NCBI RefSeq assembly: GCF_001194135.2
Contig: NC_068985.1
Coordinates: 33,388,232 to 33,452,231 of the forward strand
Origin: Octopus bimaculoides
Lineage: Eukaryota
DNA length: 64,000 bases
Direction of reading: 5' to 3'
Below are positions 1 through 12,980 of the stretch, in pieces. Every line of letters starts with the position of its first letter. The first letter of the stretch is position 1. The translations under genes were made by a program, and so were the position numbers. Under the pieces are notes generated by a model. That model searched no databases. It saw only the letters and a list, made by a program, of their open reading frames with translations, and was not told the DNA's origin.

Positions 1-378
1 ACATTTTAATCAGAAAATGATCTAGATTTTTTGCCTTGCTTTTTTTAAACAGAAGACAAAAATTTTTTTAAATGAATAAACTTATGGATATGTACACACA
101 CACACACACACATATATATGCATGTGTGTGTGTGTGTGTGTGCATGTGTCTGTATGTATATAAAAATGTTTTACATACAGATATATAATTTTTTATATGG
201 GCACAAGGTTAAAATTTGAGTAGGATGAGTCAGTTAAATCTACTCCAATACTTGACTGGAGTATTTTATTTGGCTGTTCCAAAAGGATGAAAGGCAAAGG
301 TGATCTTAGCAGAAGTAGAAATTAGAACATAATGTGTAGCTAAATACGGCTTAACTAATTATGCCAATCCACCAGCCT

Positions 379-412
<34 letters not shown>

Positions 413-541
413 GTTTCAAATTTTGCCACAAGGGCAGCAATTTGGGGGGAGGGGATGAGCTGATTACATTGACTCCAGTGTTCAACTGGTACTTATTTTA
501 TCGACCCCCAAAAAGATGAACGGTGAAGTCAACCTCGGTGA

Positions 542-589
<48 letters not shown>

Positions 590-811
590 CCTTTCTAATA
601 AAGGCACAAGGCCTAAAATTTTGGGGGAGAGGACTAGTCAGTTACATTGACCCCAATGTTTCACTGGTACTTAATTTATTGACTCCGAAAGGATGAAAGG
701 CAAAGTTGACCTTGGCAGAATGTGAACTCAGAATGTAGTGACATGCAAAATAGCACTAAGCGTGTTAATGATTCTGCCAGCTTACCACCTTCGTAATAAT
801 AATATTTTTTA

Positions 812-1100
812 ATTATGCGCCCTTTTAAAGCCTAACCAGGCTCATGGGCACGGTTTCCCGGTTTCTATGGCGTATGTCTCCTCCCCCAACTGGACGGGAC
901 GCCAGTCCATCACAGCCTTACTCAAGAAACAAGAAGAAAGGGTGAGAGAAAGTTGGGGCGAAAGAATACAAGAGGGGTCACCACCACCCTCTGCCAGAGC
1001 CTGGTGGAGCTTTAGGTGTTTTCGTTCAATAAACACACACAACGCCTGGTCTGGGAATTGAAACCGCGGTCCTCCGACCGTGAGTCCACTGCCCTAACCA
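812..1100 (-). mobile_element. tRNA-derived SINE, family B head with a variant 3' half
   Basis: Minus strand TGACCCAGTGGTTAGGGCAG...GGTTTCAATTCCCAGACC matches the head of the 17066-17451 SINE (box A and box B); the 3' part differs. Confidence 0.7.
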
Positions 1101-1117
1101 CTGGGTCATTGTGCCTC

Positions 1118-1167
<50 letters not shown>

Positions 1168-1860
1168 TAATAATAATAATCCTTTCTACAATAGGCACAA
1201 GACCTGAAATTTTGGGGGAGGGGACTAATCAATTACATTGACCCCAGTGTTTCACTGGTACTTAATTTCTTGACCCTGAAAGAACTTGGCAGAATTTGAA
1301 CTCCGAACATAAGAGTGGATGAAATGCTGCCAAGTATTTCACCTGGTGTGCTAGTGATTCTGCCAGCTTGCCAATAATATTCTTTTGCTATAGGCACAAG
1401 GCCTGGAATTTTAGGAGAGGGGACTAGTCGATTACATCAACCCCTGTACTTGACTGTATTTAATTTATCAAGCCCAAAAGGATGGAAGGTAAAGTCATCC
1501 TTGGCAGAATTTGAACTCAGAATGTGAAGACAGAGGAAATGCCATCCCGGTGTGGTAACAATTCTGCCAGCTCAGTGCCTTAACAACAACAACGACGACG
1601 ACGACGACAACAACAACAACAACAACAAGAAGAAAAAGAAGAAGAGTAGTAATAATAATAAGACCTGGAATTTTTGGGGAAGATAATTGATTACATCAAC
1701 CCCAGTGTTTGTCTGATACTTACTCCAGTGACTCTAAAGAAATGAAAGGCTAAATCAACTTTAGTGGAATTTGAATTCAGAACGTAAAGACAGATGAAAT
1801 GCTGCTAAGCATTTTATCTTTTTATCTGTTGTAAGAACAAGTCAGCCAGCTCACCATCTC

Positions 1861-1905
<45 letters not shown>

Positions 1906-1906
<1 letters not shown>

Positions 1907-2524
1907 GAAAGTCTTGCACAGAAAGAGTACAAGCGTAGACATGACAAGGTAGCCCAAAACCTCCACTGGCTACTATACCGTAAGTATGGATATGAGGTTA
2001 TAGGTGCTTGGTACCAACATACACTGGAAAAGGTAATGGATGAAAAGGGAAAGGCAAAAATCTTCTGGGACTTTAACTTCTAGTCAGACAAGGTGTTAGA
2101 GCACTGAAGGCCGGTTACAGCAACCTTTAGGAGGGACAAACAAGAGTGCCTAATAATTGAAGTGGCAGTGCCAGGAGATCAACATATCATGATGTAAGAA
2201 AGAGAAAAGGTTGATAAATATAGTGACCTGAGAATTGAGATTGCAAAGATGTGGCAGCTACAAGAGTCAAACATAAAGGTTATCCCTATTGTCATCGGAG
2301 CATTGGGTTCAATACCACCCAATCTGAAAAAACATCTGAAAACCTTAGAAATACCTTACATTCTAGATGTATTGCAAAAGTCGGCATTACTTGGAACTGC
2401 ATGCATATTGTGTAATGTACTGTCTGTCTAAGGTCCTTGTTGTGACTTGACAAACAGTATAAACCCCTGGCAGACACTATATCTTCAATCAACAACCTCA
2501 CGATATTGTATACTGTGCGACATT

Positions 2525-2525
<1 letters not shown>
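1906..2525 (+). mobile_element. 5'-truncated R4/Dong-like non-LTR retrotransposon (restriction-like endonuclease C-terminus) inserted in (TAA)n
   Basis: Translation ESLAQKEYKRRHDKVAQNLHW...IFWDF...RP...LIIEVAVPGD...KYSDLRIEIAKMW...IPIVIGALG has the RHD and PD-(D/E)xK-type motifs, with internal stops. Flanked by (AAT)n at 1861-1905 and (TAA)n at 2526-2563. Confidence 0.85.
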
Positions 2526-2564
<39 letters not shown>

Positions 2565-2689
2565 GTCCTTTCTACTATAGGCACAAAGCTTGAAATTTGT
2601 GGGCAAGGGGATAGTTGATTACATCGATCCTTGTTCTCAATAGGTATTTATTTTATTGATCCCAAAAGGATGAAAGGTAAAGTCAACAA

Positions 2690-4890
2690 TAATTTATGAA
2701 GATTGATACAACTCTTCAGGAAGGTAAACACATAATTAGAAGAGGATGATGTGATTTGTAGTAAAACACAGATTGACATTATTTATGGATCTGAACAATA
2801 TTTGAACAGTTTGTCTATCTTCTTCATGTTCAAAATGAGACAAGACTAATGGAAATTGAAAAAATAAATTTCTATTGGACTATCCTGTGTTCCTTCCTAG
2901 AAAAAAAGACGTCATCAACTTTTGCTTGTTTGTAACTGGTTAAAACAAGGAGTAAAAGAGAATAAAGAAAATAGTAAAAGAAAAACAAAAGAAGGAAGAG
3001 AATACTTAAAGTTTTTAATATATACAAAAAGAATACAAAAAGTTTTTAATATATCTGATGAAACTCTCCTGTCATTTTATTCATCTTTCAAGGGTGCGAC
3101 ATTAGTAACTCACAAATATATTTATCCTCATGAATTTTGAAAAGTGAGACTTCAGTGGAGTCAGAATATTTTCTGAGAATGCATATTTTCAGATGTTTGC
3201 AAGAGTTACAATTGTTTGATGTGAAATACTCAGCAAGTTCTGACAAAGTAGTATTATTGTGCCTGACATCATACCTATGCCCACTAAATCTTTTGTTTAA
3301 TTTTTCTCTTGCATAACCAACATAGATCCAGTTGTGTTTGATGCATTCAGCTGCACACACTAAATGGGAATTATTACAGGTCCCATTTCCTGTATAATTC
3401 ATAACATTTCTCTTAGAATTTGTGATGATGTTGACCTGACTCATGCTGTTGTATAATGAAAAGGGCTTAACTCTTTTGTGACTATTTTTAGGGGCACAGC
3501 ATTCAGAAACTCTAATGGGGTTTTAATTATGATTAGAGGTACTAGTTAGTATTTGTTTTGTATTTTTCCTACATCTAAAGGCTGCAATAGGTGGATAAGT
3601 AAGTATTTCTTTGAAATGAGGATATTTTTGTGAAATATGTTGATAACTGTCATGCAACACTTTCGAAACATCAGTAAAATTTCAGCGTCAATTATTAACT
3701 AAAGGATTTCAGTCAGAAATTTTACTTCGACTGGTATAATTAGGCATGAAAGTTTGACTGTCATGATTAATTTTAGCTATGTCATTTGTGAATTCCTTCA
3801 GTTGTGGTTCACTATAAATGCATTTCATATAATGGATCTCAACATCATTTGCATGTTTTCAATAACTTCCTATGTCAGTACAAATCTATTTTATTTTCAA
3901 AAGCTGAGACTTTGGATTTGACTTAATTGTATGGTGTGGATGATTGGAGTGGCAGTGGTGTGGGTTTGCAAAATAACTCTGTCAGGCATGAAAACTTAAC
4001 TTTTGGGTCCACAATGTAAATGCTAGCTTTTGAAAAACTGGATGAGAATTTTATGCTGGACTTAGAACCATAGTTTTGTGTAAAGCTGTCATAGAAATGC
4101 AAAATTTTAACAAGGTTATCCTGCATTCCTTTCCAGATAAAAAAAAGGACATCATCAACGAACCAGTGTATTAGCCTCTAGTAAGTGTAGCTGAAATATT
4201 TTGTCATGAAGATGTTAGCAAAATTAACTGCCATGCTATTTTTGAAATTACCAGTTTGAGTGTTTGGGATATTTTTTATGCAGTGGGATAATATTCACAA
4301 TGGGTTTGGCCAACAACTGTTTATATCCTACATTTAGCAGTATCTGTTTTACAAAAATTTACAATTCATGCACTCACACAGGCACTAGGTGCATGCAAAA
4401 TGGTTTTGACACTTTGTATGCATCTGGGACCAGTCTAGTTGATGAGATTTTCATGCCTGTAAAGTTTATCTCAAACTGGTACTACCCCACCAGCAGCATT
4501 ACTAGGTCAGGGATTTCTAGAAGTTATCTATAGTCACAAGGCCAAAAGTTCTCTGGGACAGATGCTCGGAGATTTTCTGAGGATATTGTTACTCTTCCCC
4601 ATTACTGGTATTCTAAAAAATAGTAATGTGAAAATTCCACAAACCACATCATCCATCATATAGAGAACTGTGAGTACCTGAAAACATCCCTGGTGCCAGG
4701 CACCCAGTTTGAATTTTCATTTGACCTAGGATTGTAGTTTCATTAAAGAGATGAGCTGTAGAAAAATGTGCCCAAGAAAGCCCAACCAAACAGCTCACCA
4801 AATGAGAAACCTTGTGGATAGCCCAAGCTCTGTGTATGGTTGTTGACTTGCCTGGATTATCATGTGCCTCTGACATATTCCTCTAGCATG
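2690..4890 (-). mobile_element. Degenerate Penelope-like element (RT plus GIY-YIG endonuclease)
   Basis: Minus-strand frames give RT motifs NSMAVNFANIFM...WFVDD at about 4140-4260 and the GIY-YIG domain CNNSHLVCAAECIKHNWIYVGYAREKLNKRFSGH in ORF 3088-3444; multiple stops and frameshifts. Confidence 0.8.
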
Positions 4891-5107
4891 ATGTCAGCCA
4901 CTTCAACTCCTATGGTTTCTAACATCATAACAGGGACATTTTGTGCATATACAAACTTAGCTCTTCCACAAACCCAGTTAAAGTGAGATTCTCTTCAACA
5001 CATTTAGTTTTTGAAACAATTGATAGTCAGTGCATACAAATGATAAGAGAGAACATTCTAGACAGAGTGACTGTATGGTTTGAAATTATTCCAACTCAAA
5101 TATTTAC

Positions 5108-5701
5108 TCTGACAGAGATCTTTGGAGATATGCTGTGCTTGAGAAGACCTGGCAAGCCAAGTGAGACCGTAACTGTGGCCTATGCCAGTGCAGCATAACC
5201 GGCCAATTTAAGAGAACCCTTCAATCATTGGGCAATAAACTGCAATTGTGAAGACCTGTTGAGTTAAGTGAAGTCATTGTCATGGCCCATGGCAGTGTCA
5301 CCTGATTGGCACCCGTGCTGGTGGCACATAAAAGGCACCATTTGAGTATGGTCAACGCCAGTGCTGCCTGACTGGTCCCATGCTGGTGGCACATAAAAGG
5401 CACCGTTTGAACATGATTGTTGCCAGTGCCGCCTGACTGGCTCCTGTGCTGGCAACACATAAAAAGCACCATTCAAGTGTGGTCGATGCCAGTACCGCCT
5501 GACTGACCCTCATGCTAGTGGCACATAAAAAGCACCCACTACACTCTTGGAGTGGTTGGCATTAGGAAGGGCATCCAGCTGTAGAAACTTTGCTAGATTA
5601 GATTGGAGCCTGGTGCAGCCTTCTGGCTTGCTGGCCCTCAGTCCAACCGTCCAACCCATGCCAGTATGGAAAGCAGATGTTAAACGAGGATGATGATGAT
5701 G
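5108..5701 (+). mobile_element. RTE LINE 3' end with four 66-bp tandem units and a (GAT)n tail
   Basis: Matches the 3' ends of the RTE copies at 45550-46320 and 62990-63645; CACATAAAA recurs at 5325, 5390, 5456 and 5522. Confidence 0.85.
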
Positions 5702-7406
5702 ATAACCATTGAGCAGATGCCTCTGAACACTGAAGCAATCAAATCCCTGAAATGGGACTGAAACCGACTACTTTAAGTCACCTCCTAACTGGTGATGATT
5801 AACTCTAACAAAGGTTTTTGATTAGTTCAAATTCATCAGAATTCTACCAAGTCGAACTTGTAACCCATCCTGTCTATAATGTATTGCATGAGGTTGAGGT
5901 TGCCACAGGTAGATTTGCTTAAGATTGTGCAGGTCGGCACTTAATTCACTAATCTATCAGTAACAGTCACTAACCTCTTTGCTAACACCTTGGTCAAAAT
6001 TTGAAATTCTGCATTCAGAAACTATCAATAATATACGCACAATTCAAGTACTTCTTCAACAAAACTACTATTCCATGGTTCAGTTAACTAGAAATTCTCC
6101 TGTTCTGCTACTAATTGCAGTAGGTATCTGCCAAGAGATAGTAAACAAATCGGGCACATATACATAAATTTCATTAGAAAGACCATCTAAACCAGGCAAT
6201 TTACCCCTTGTGCAGCCATTTGCATCCTAGTTGCTGTTACAGAATTCCACATCTTCTTTGAAGGCTACAAAAGGCTATCAAAGTCGGTAGTAAAGTCAAC
6301 TACTAACTCCAGTTCACTGTTCATCCTGAACAGTTGAACAAGGTGTCACTGGAAAGTCACACAAAGCTTCTTGGAATCAAATATTACACACCAATTCAAG
6401 TCCATTAAAGACTGGATTGTAGCTTTGTTGCAACATCACATCTCTGTCACCTAGCATTCATTCATTCCTTCATGGCTAAAAGTATGTACCTTAACTCTTT
6501 ACTAAACCTTACTAATCTAGTATTTGAAGCCCTGTCTAGGAGTTCTGTCTTGGTTTATCGTGCAAACAACAAATCTGTGATCTGTGCAGCTATCCACTTT
6601 AAGTTGTACACACCCTACACTATCCCTATCTGCCAACCTAACCTATCTAGATATGATTTGGATGACCTGATGTAATTGCTCCATGGCACCTTTTGAAAAA
6701 TCTAGTTGTACCCTCTCCTATCAGCCAATCTTATACAATCCTTGTATGCATCTAAAATGCCATTCTAGTTTCTCACTAAAGAGCAGGACATTCCCAGGAA
6801 AGCTTTCAGACATCTGAAGAAGTTTGGTAGTCCTGTTACTATTATCTTTGCTGCAGCTTGTGTCCAGCACTATCAACTTACTTTCCAAGCCTAAGAGGCT
6901 CACCCACACCTTGAAATCCAAACTTTACTGAAACAACACTACCACTCCACCTTCTGATCCTGGCTAAGAGATGCATACACTTTGTAGTTATTGAAGTTGG
7001 GTGCAAATGCATTGATGTCAGAAATCTTGATCTTGTTGATGTCTATTATATCTATCTAGTGATTTGAGATCATTAAACAAATGACATTTCCTCTAAGCTG
7101 AACTAAGACCACTTACATTTATGTATCCTTCTGTGAGTATTGTCATATTAGCCAGGAAAAAGTAAGTGAAAGAGGTTATTTGGAAAGATCATTTGAAGAG
7201 GTCTTGTTGAAGGATGCTTAATCACATATTCATTGTGAATCATGGTCTTTTTAATCTTATGTTCTGGCAAAACATCAAAATATCCTATGTGTCCTTTAGA
7301 TGTCTGATGATGTTTCCAGTAGCTGTCTGTTGGTGTTTTCTGTTTACGTTTTTTTTTGTTTTTTTTTGTGATATGTATTCCATCATCTTAAAATTGTTTC
7401 TGTATA

Positions 7407-7622
7407 AGGTGGCGAGCTGGCAGAATCGTTAGCATCCAGGCAAAATGCTTAGAGGCATTTTGTCTGTCACGACATTCTGAGTTCAAATTCCACTGATGCT
7501 GACTTTGCCTTTTATCTTTCAGGGTCGATAAAATAAGTACCAGTTGAACACTGGGGTTGAAGTAATCAACTTACCCTGTCCCCTGAAATGGCTGGCCTTG
7601 TGCTAAAATTTGAAACTAATAT
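7407..7622 (+). mobile_element. SINE family A nested in the L1/Tx1 element
   Basis: GGTGGCGAGCTGGCAGAATCGTTAGC...GAGTTCAAATTCC...GCCTTTATCTTTCAGGGTCGATAAAATAAGTACC. Confidence 0.85.
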
Positions 7623-7988
7623 TGTTTCGGTCTACAACAGTGAGATTAATATAGTTTATTATTTGCATGTTACTGTTGTTGCTGTCGTTTCTTTTTCTGT
7701 GGTTGTATTTCTTTGCTTTCCTGTTGCAATTGTTAGTGTGGAAGAAACTTTGGCTGCTTTTGCTGTGGCTGTGGTTCTGGAAGTGATGATGTGAAAGGGT
7801 AGAAGGGTGAAGAGAATTCTGTCATTGAATCTCCCAGCTTTCTGCTTGGGGCAATCTTCAATTTATTTATTTTTTTTACTTTTCTTTTTTTTTTCTGGAT
7901 CGGACAATTTTGAGGTGGCAGAGAAGAAAAGTATATCTGCATGTCTACACATGTATGTTTGAATTTTGTTGGGAGGGAGGACAAACTA

Positions 7989-8110
7989 CAGGGTGTCCAC
8001 AAGGTCTGGGTACATGGAGTAAATAAAATCATAACATAAACAGTTAAATATAAGAAATAATAATTTCTTAATGTGTTAATCCCATGTACCCAGACTTTGT
8101 GGACACCCTG
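7989..8110. mobile_element. Tc1/mariner-type MITE, 122 bp, TA target-site duplication
   Basis: 29-bp TIRs CAGGGTGTCCACAA(G/A)GTCTGGGTACATGG at 7989-8017 and 8082-8110 (1 mismatch), with TA on both sides. Confidence 0.9.
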
Positions 8111-9729
8111 TAGAGACTTCTGGTGGGGATGGTGTATGATGGCATGTTCTATCATTATTACTGTTGTCTGTGGTGATGTGATACTTCTTTTACTGCTACT
8201 GTTATTCATGCAGTTGTTCTTTTTGTTGTTGTTGCAGTTGTTGTGGTTGAAGCATTTTTTATGTTGTTGCTGTTGCTGCTTTGTCATTTTTATTGCTTGT
8301 TTTGTCATTTCTGCTGCTGCTTTTATTATCATAGTTGCTACTGATGCTGTTGCATGCTATTGGTTTTTGCTGTTATACTTATGGCATTGGCAGCAATTGG
8401 AAGTGCCTTTCTTTCAACATTTGTTATGAGCAAAAGTTCTTTGGCACCACCATATATGCGACATTTTGCTTGTCTGCCCTCTACCACTATAAACAACTGA
8501 GTGCTATTTGGCAGCTCAGTCAGGTCAAAGATGACTTGGAGCCTCTCTTGATTTGGTTATCAGATAGCCTCCACCAGTCACCAAATATATATATATGTCA
8601 TTATATCTACAACCTCACCTTCACCACACACCTGTCCATACATAATGAGAAGAAGATGAATTCCTTATTTTACTTGGGTATGTAGAGTGTTTCTGCACTT
8701 CAGTTTTAGAAATGAATCTGACCACCATCATGCCATGCTACCTGTTGTGAATGATGAAGGATGTTTGTCTCCACATGAGCTGCAGAAACCGTTCTACTTG
8801 CCCTTTTGGTTTGGTCTTTCTGTAAATCTTGTTTGTTTGATGATGACATTAAGTATGCAAAGGTAACTTTTTGCTCTTTAATTCAGACAAATATTCTAGC
8901 TTCTTTTACTTGTTTACTCAGAAGTATGAGTCTTTCTGTGATGTGAGCTGCATTGGCAAATGACCCAGATTTTGCAGCTGCTTTTTGTTGTAAGAAATTT
9001 CCTTTAACTTAAGGTGAATAAAAAAGTTAATAAGGAAGATTTTTTGCATGTGAGTGAAGAAACAAAATCTAAATTCAAACTAATATCAAACTGATTATTC
9101 TACTATTATTTATAAGTCTGAAACAAAAAATAGAAATATTTCTTTTAAATGGTCATTTTCTTTATATTTGAAAATGCAAAATGCATTGTAACTTATGGTA
9201 TATTCTCTCAACATAACATTTAGCCTTCACCCTTATCAAATTTATTCAAATCAGGAGTAGACCCATCTCTCTCATGCAGTTATTGTCTCTTCTTTGAAAT
9301 TGACATGACTTGGATCAAGCCTTGTGTTTTGAGTTTTCAAAATCAAATGATTAAATGCCAAGTTTGCATTGAGAATATTATCTGATCCAAATGTTTTATA
9401 AAAAAAACTTATATGACTGGCACATAAGACATGTATTTATATCAAAGGTTTGATCAAGCAACTTGTTTTCAGAGAAGACTCAAAAATTCATACATTTTCA
9501 TTATTGCCTCCTCCTCNNNNNNNNNNNNNNNNNNNNNNNNNNNNNNNNNNNNNNNNNNNNNNNNNNNNNNNNNNNNNNNNNNNNNNNNNNNNNNNNNNNN
9601 NNNNNNNNNNNNNNNNNNNNNNNNNNNNNNNNNNNNNNNNNNNNNNNNNNNNNNNNNNNNNNNNNNNNNNNNNNNNNNNNNNNNNNNNNNNNNNNNNNNN
9701 NNNNNNNNNNNNNNNNNNNNNNNNNNNNN

Positions 9730-9818
<89 letters not shown>
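9730..9818. repeat. (CAT)n microsatellite next to an assembly gap
   Basis: Perfect TCA/CAT repeats directly after N run 9517-9729. Confidence 0.95.
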
Positions 9819-9819
<1 letters not shown>

Positions 9820-10293
9820 ACAACACTGCTTCTTCGCCCCTCCTCATCAGCCACACCTTCCAGCAACTGCTGGTTATGCTTTATTGCCAAATAACAGCTC
9901 TCTTCTTACATATACTTCCACTACCTCAAATAAAATGCCATTCTTATCAGAAGAGAGAAAAAAATAAACATGAACTGCTGTTTCCAACAGAGGCAGTAGT
10001 TCTTGAAATGTATTCCATCTCTTCTAATCCTAAACCACTATTAGACAGATTGACAGATTCTTTTCCAGTAATAGTTATGTCATCTAGATGGTAGAATGCA
10101 AATTTTCCTGGATGCTTCAGAAGTATCTTACCATTTGATATTAACCTCTAATCCTTTATTGCTTGTTTTTGCTGTTGGTACAACTGTGCTTGACAAACCT
10201 AGTTAGTAAGAGAGTAATTAATCAAACAAGGCATTTAAACCTGTATTCCAGCCATAACTATCATCATCTACCATAAGATATTTAAATTACATA

Positions 10294-11228
10294 TCAGGTC
10301 ATCCCATAAGTTCTGTCCGAATTTTGAACAAAGAAAACAAGTGACCAAATGTAATATTTAATTGAAATTTAATCACCAATGTACTTTCCCTGATTATCTA
10401 TGACTTCCTTCCTTCTATTTACAAGCTTTTTAATCCCATCAATGTAAAACTCTTTTGGTTTCAAAGCGAAGAACTCTGAAATGTTAGTTTCAACCTCCTC
10501 CTGGCTTGCGAAAGTTATATCCCCCAAATGATTCTGTAAACTACGAAACAAATGGTAGTCTGAAGGAGCAAGGTCGGGAGAATAAGGTCGATGGGGAATT
10601 TTTTCCCTACCAAGTTTTTCAATCTTCTGTGATGTGATCTTTGCAGTGTGGGGTCATGCATTGTCCTGATGAAACATCACACTTTTTCAATTCACTAAAG
10701 CGGTTCTTTTTTTCTTCAAAGCTTGGTTCAAACGCTCTATTTGCTGACAGTAGACTTGAGCATTGATTGTTGCGTTAGGTTGTAACAATTCAAAGTGAAT
10801 TACTCCTTTGCAATCCCACCAGAAAGAGAGAAGGACCTTTTTCCCATTAAGTTCCCTTCTCGGTTGTGGTTCAGCTTTTTCCCTTTTATAAAGCTACTGT
10901 TTACAACGTTTAACATTTTGATAAAAGATCCATTTTTCGTCACCAGTCACAAATCTATCCAAAAAGGGTGAAATGAGTTCATGAGAATAGAGAAGAGCAG
11001 ATGTCAACTCGGGATTTATGGTTGCTTTCGGACAATTCACGAGGCACCCATTTTCCAAGTTTAGGAACCTTTCCAAGTTGTTGAAGATGATGATGAACAG
11101 TTGTATGGTTTGAACTAAGCTTTATTGCCAATTCTTCAACTGATAATGCAGAATTTTCTTCAAGTAATGCCTCAAGGAGCTTATCATCAAACTCAACTGG
11201 ACGTCCTGTTCGGTCTTCATCATCAAGG
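10294..11228 (-). mobile_element. Mariner (DD34D) transposase relic, 5'-truncated, one TIR
   Basis: WVPREL, FVTGDEKW, HQDNA and YSPDLAPSDYHLF motifs. TA followed by TCAGGTCATCCCATAAGTTCTGTCCG at 10292-10319; the partner TIR was not found. Confidence 0.9.
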
Positions 11229-12431
11229 AGGAGGAGGAGAGGGAAGGGGTGGCACCTATAAACCGTGTAGGTCCTTCCCATCTGGGGAAATCAATGTGTT
11301 CAATCTTGAAGCTCTTTTGATTGATGCACATAAGGGGTGATGGAAAGCAAAGAGAGAATTTGAAAGGACTCTAGTTGTAGGAGAAGAATTGAATGAGAAG
11401 AATTGAGTACCAGGTTTAGGAGAGGATATTGAGGCACAGCACACAGTAGGGATAACAATAGAAAGTATGGAAGGATTTTGAGTGAAAGTGGAATGCAACT
11501 CTCTCATTCAGAGAAGAAGATACTGTTGCAGAAAAGGCACAGAAGAAACAGCACATTTGCGGACTAGTGAGTGTAGAATGTTGGTAAGTAAATGTTTGCC
11601 AATCAGCTGGATGGTTGTCTTAGGATGTTAATGTGCATGTGGTAACAACATTGTTCTGTGTAAGTGAGCAGTAAAAAAACTAGTCTAAACGTCTTGTCCT
11701 TGACCTATTTTGGCATTTTATAGTTGATTACATGTCTTATCATTACACCAAAAAAAAAGAAAAAAAGACAAAATGAGGGGGACATTATGTTGCTGGTTTA
11801 TTTCCTCTCATGTGTTTAGTATTATGAAGCTATACGATTATGGAGATTATAAATATCAATAAATACCACCAGACACATTTACATTAAATATTAAAAAATA
11901 ATTTCAGTGAAGCTCCATAGATATTGCTTAAGGATAATTCTACACGGAACTGAATAAGAAAAATTAAAAAGTGAAGGAGCAAAAATTAGTTTGTCAAATA
12001 GTTAATTGTATAAAGAGCTATATTGCAAATTAGTTTTCTTTTAATTTATTTTCCCCAGTGTTCTATCAGACAATCAATCAAGTAAACAACTGATGATGCA
12101 GTTACTCAGTCAATCATTCAATGATTGTTTTGCAAGCACTGAAAGATTTTTTATTTTTTATCAAAATTAAAGGAAGAATATAAAGATATCAGACAGAAGT
12201 ATTTTGACAAACTGGACTATGGCAATCATCTGCTGCCACTAAGAGGAAATTATTATTGATTTCTTTTGTAAACAGAAGGGTTTCAGAACTTTTTAGGTGA
12301 TGTAGTAATGTTTAAGTATTTTTGTTGTTACTGCTTAGCCCCAGGTTAACTTTGATGAAGTAAACCTATGAGTTGAGGAGTTCTGATTTTATCTAATTTT
12401 CAGGTAAAGTGTATCTAAGAATGAATTATAA

Positions 12432-12900
12432 TCAGGGGAATTAGGAGGTCAGAAATTGGTGCTGGTGGAGTTGTAGAAATTCTTCATCAACCTGTTTTAA
12501 ACCTTTTCGGAGGAATGGCAAGAAACTGAATCCTGTTGCCTCACATTTAATCTTCCAGCAGCAACCCTCTCCTGTTAGGGTTTGATCACAGTCTCCAGCA
12601 GCTTCACAAAGATGTCTGAAGTAAGCCTAAGATCTTGTTCAAAAATGTAGGGTAGAATGACATCATCCTCAGAATGTCTGCAGTTTTTCTTCCTGATGGG
12701 CATGGAGACTCTTATCTATCCACCCTGATGAAGGAGTCTCTGGATTTTACCAATGACTATTTGCTTCCATTGCTGGCTGCAAATTTTTGATGAACTACAT
12801 CTGCCAACATTATGAAGTAACTCTAAGCCCCCAGAAACAGCTGTCAGACTTGTAATGCCATACCTTGTCCCTTCTAATGCTTTGAGTCTATGTAATCCGA
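12432..12900 (-). mobile_element. maT/DD37D-like Tc1-mariner transposase fragment
   Basis: Minus translation DDVILPYIFEQDLRLTSDIFVKLLETVIKP*...QQDSVSCH...F*PPNSP, similar to the 34282-35529 element. Confidence 0.75.
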
Positions 12901-12919
12901 GTAAGTTTACTCTATTGTA

Positions 12920-12980
<61 letters not shown>

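Larger units (their letters stand above)
196..2686 (-). mobile_element. Cluster of about 7 same-orientation copies of a tRNA-derived SINE (family A) separated by (AAT)n tracts
   Basis: Shared motif AAAGGATGAAAGG.AAAGT..ACCT.GGC.GAATTTGAACTCAGAA recurs at about 196-379, 412-540, 589-792, 1181-1372, 1380-1582, 1661-1860 and 2565-2686. The minus strand reads as a tRNA-like head (GTTCAAATTC box B) with an (ATT)n tail. Confidence 0.85.
5702..9050 (-). mobile_element. Degenerate L1/Tx1-clade LINE (ORF1 zinc-knuckle relic, APE endonuclease, RT N-terminus)
   Basis: ORF1 relic VVEGRQAKCRIYGGAKE at about 8420-8490; endonuclease relics YINVSGL and SYLDR at about 6620-7130; RT relics GKLPGLDGLSNEIY and LNAEFQILTKVLAKRL at about 5960-6210. 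Many stops. Confidence 0.75.

Noticed and set aside
9431-10094. Long ORFs with poly-H/I/S/M/D runs, and similar ORFs at 12.9, 33.3, 35.9, 49.1 and 55.8 kb
   Set aside because: Produced by microsatellites and N gaps, not coding sequence.
9860-10205. Minus-strand exon or RT-like HLDDITI motif
   Set aside because: Candidate splice sites give a stop or an implausibly short intron, and no other RT motifs flank it.
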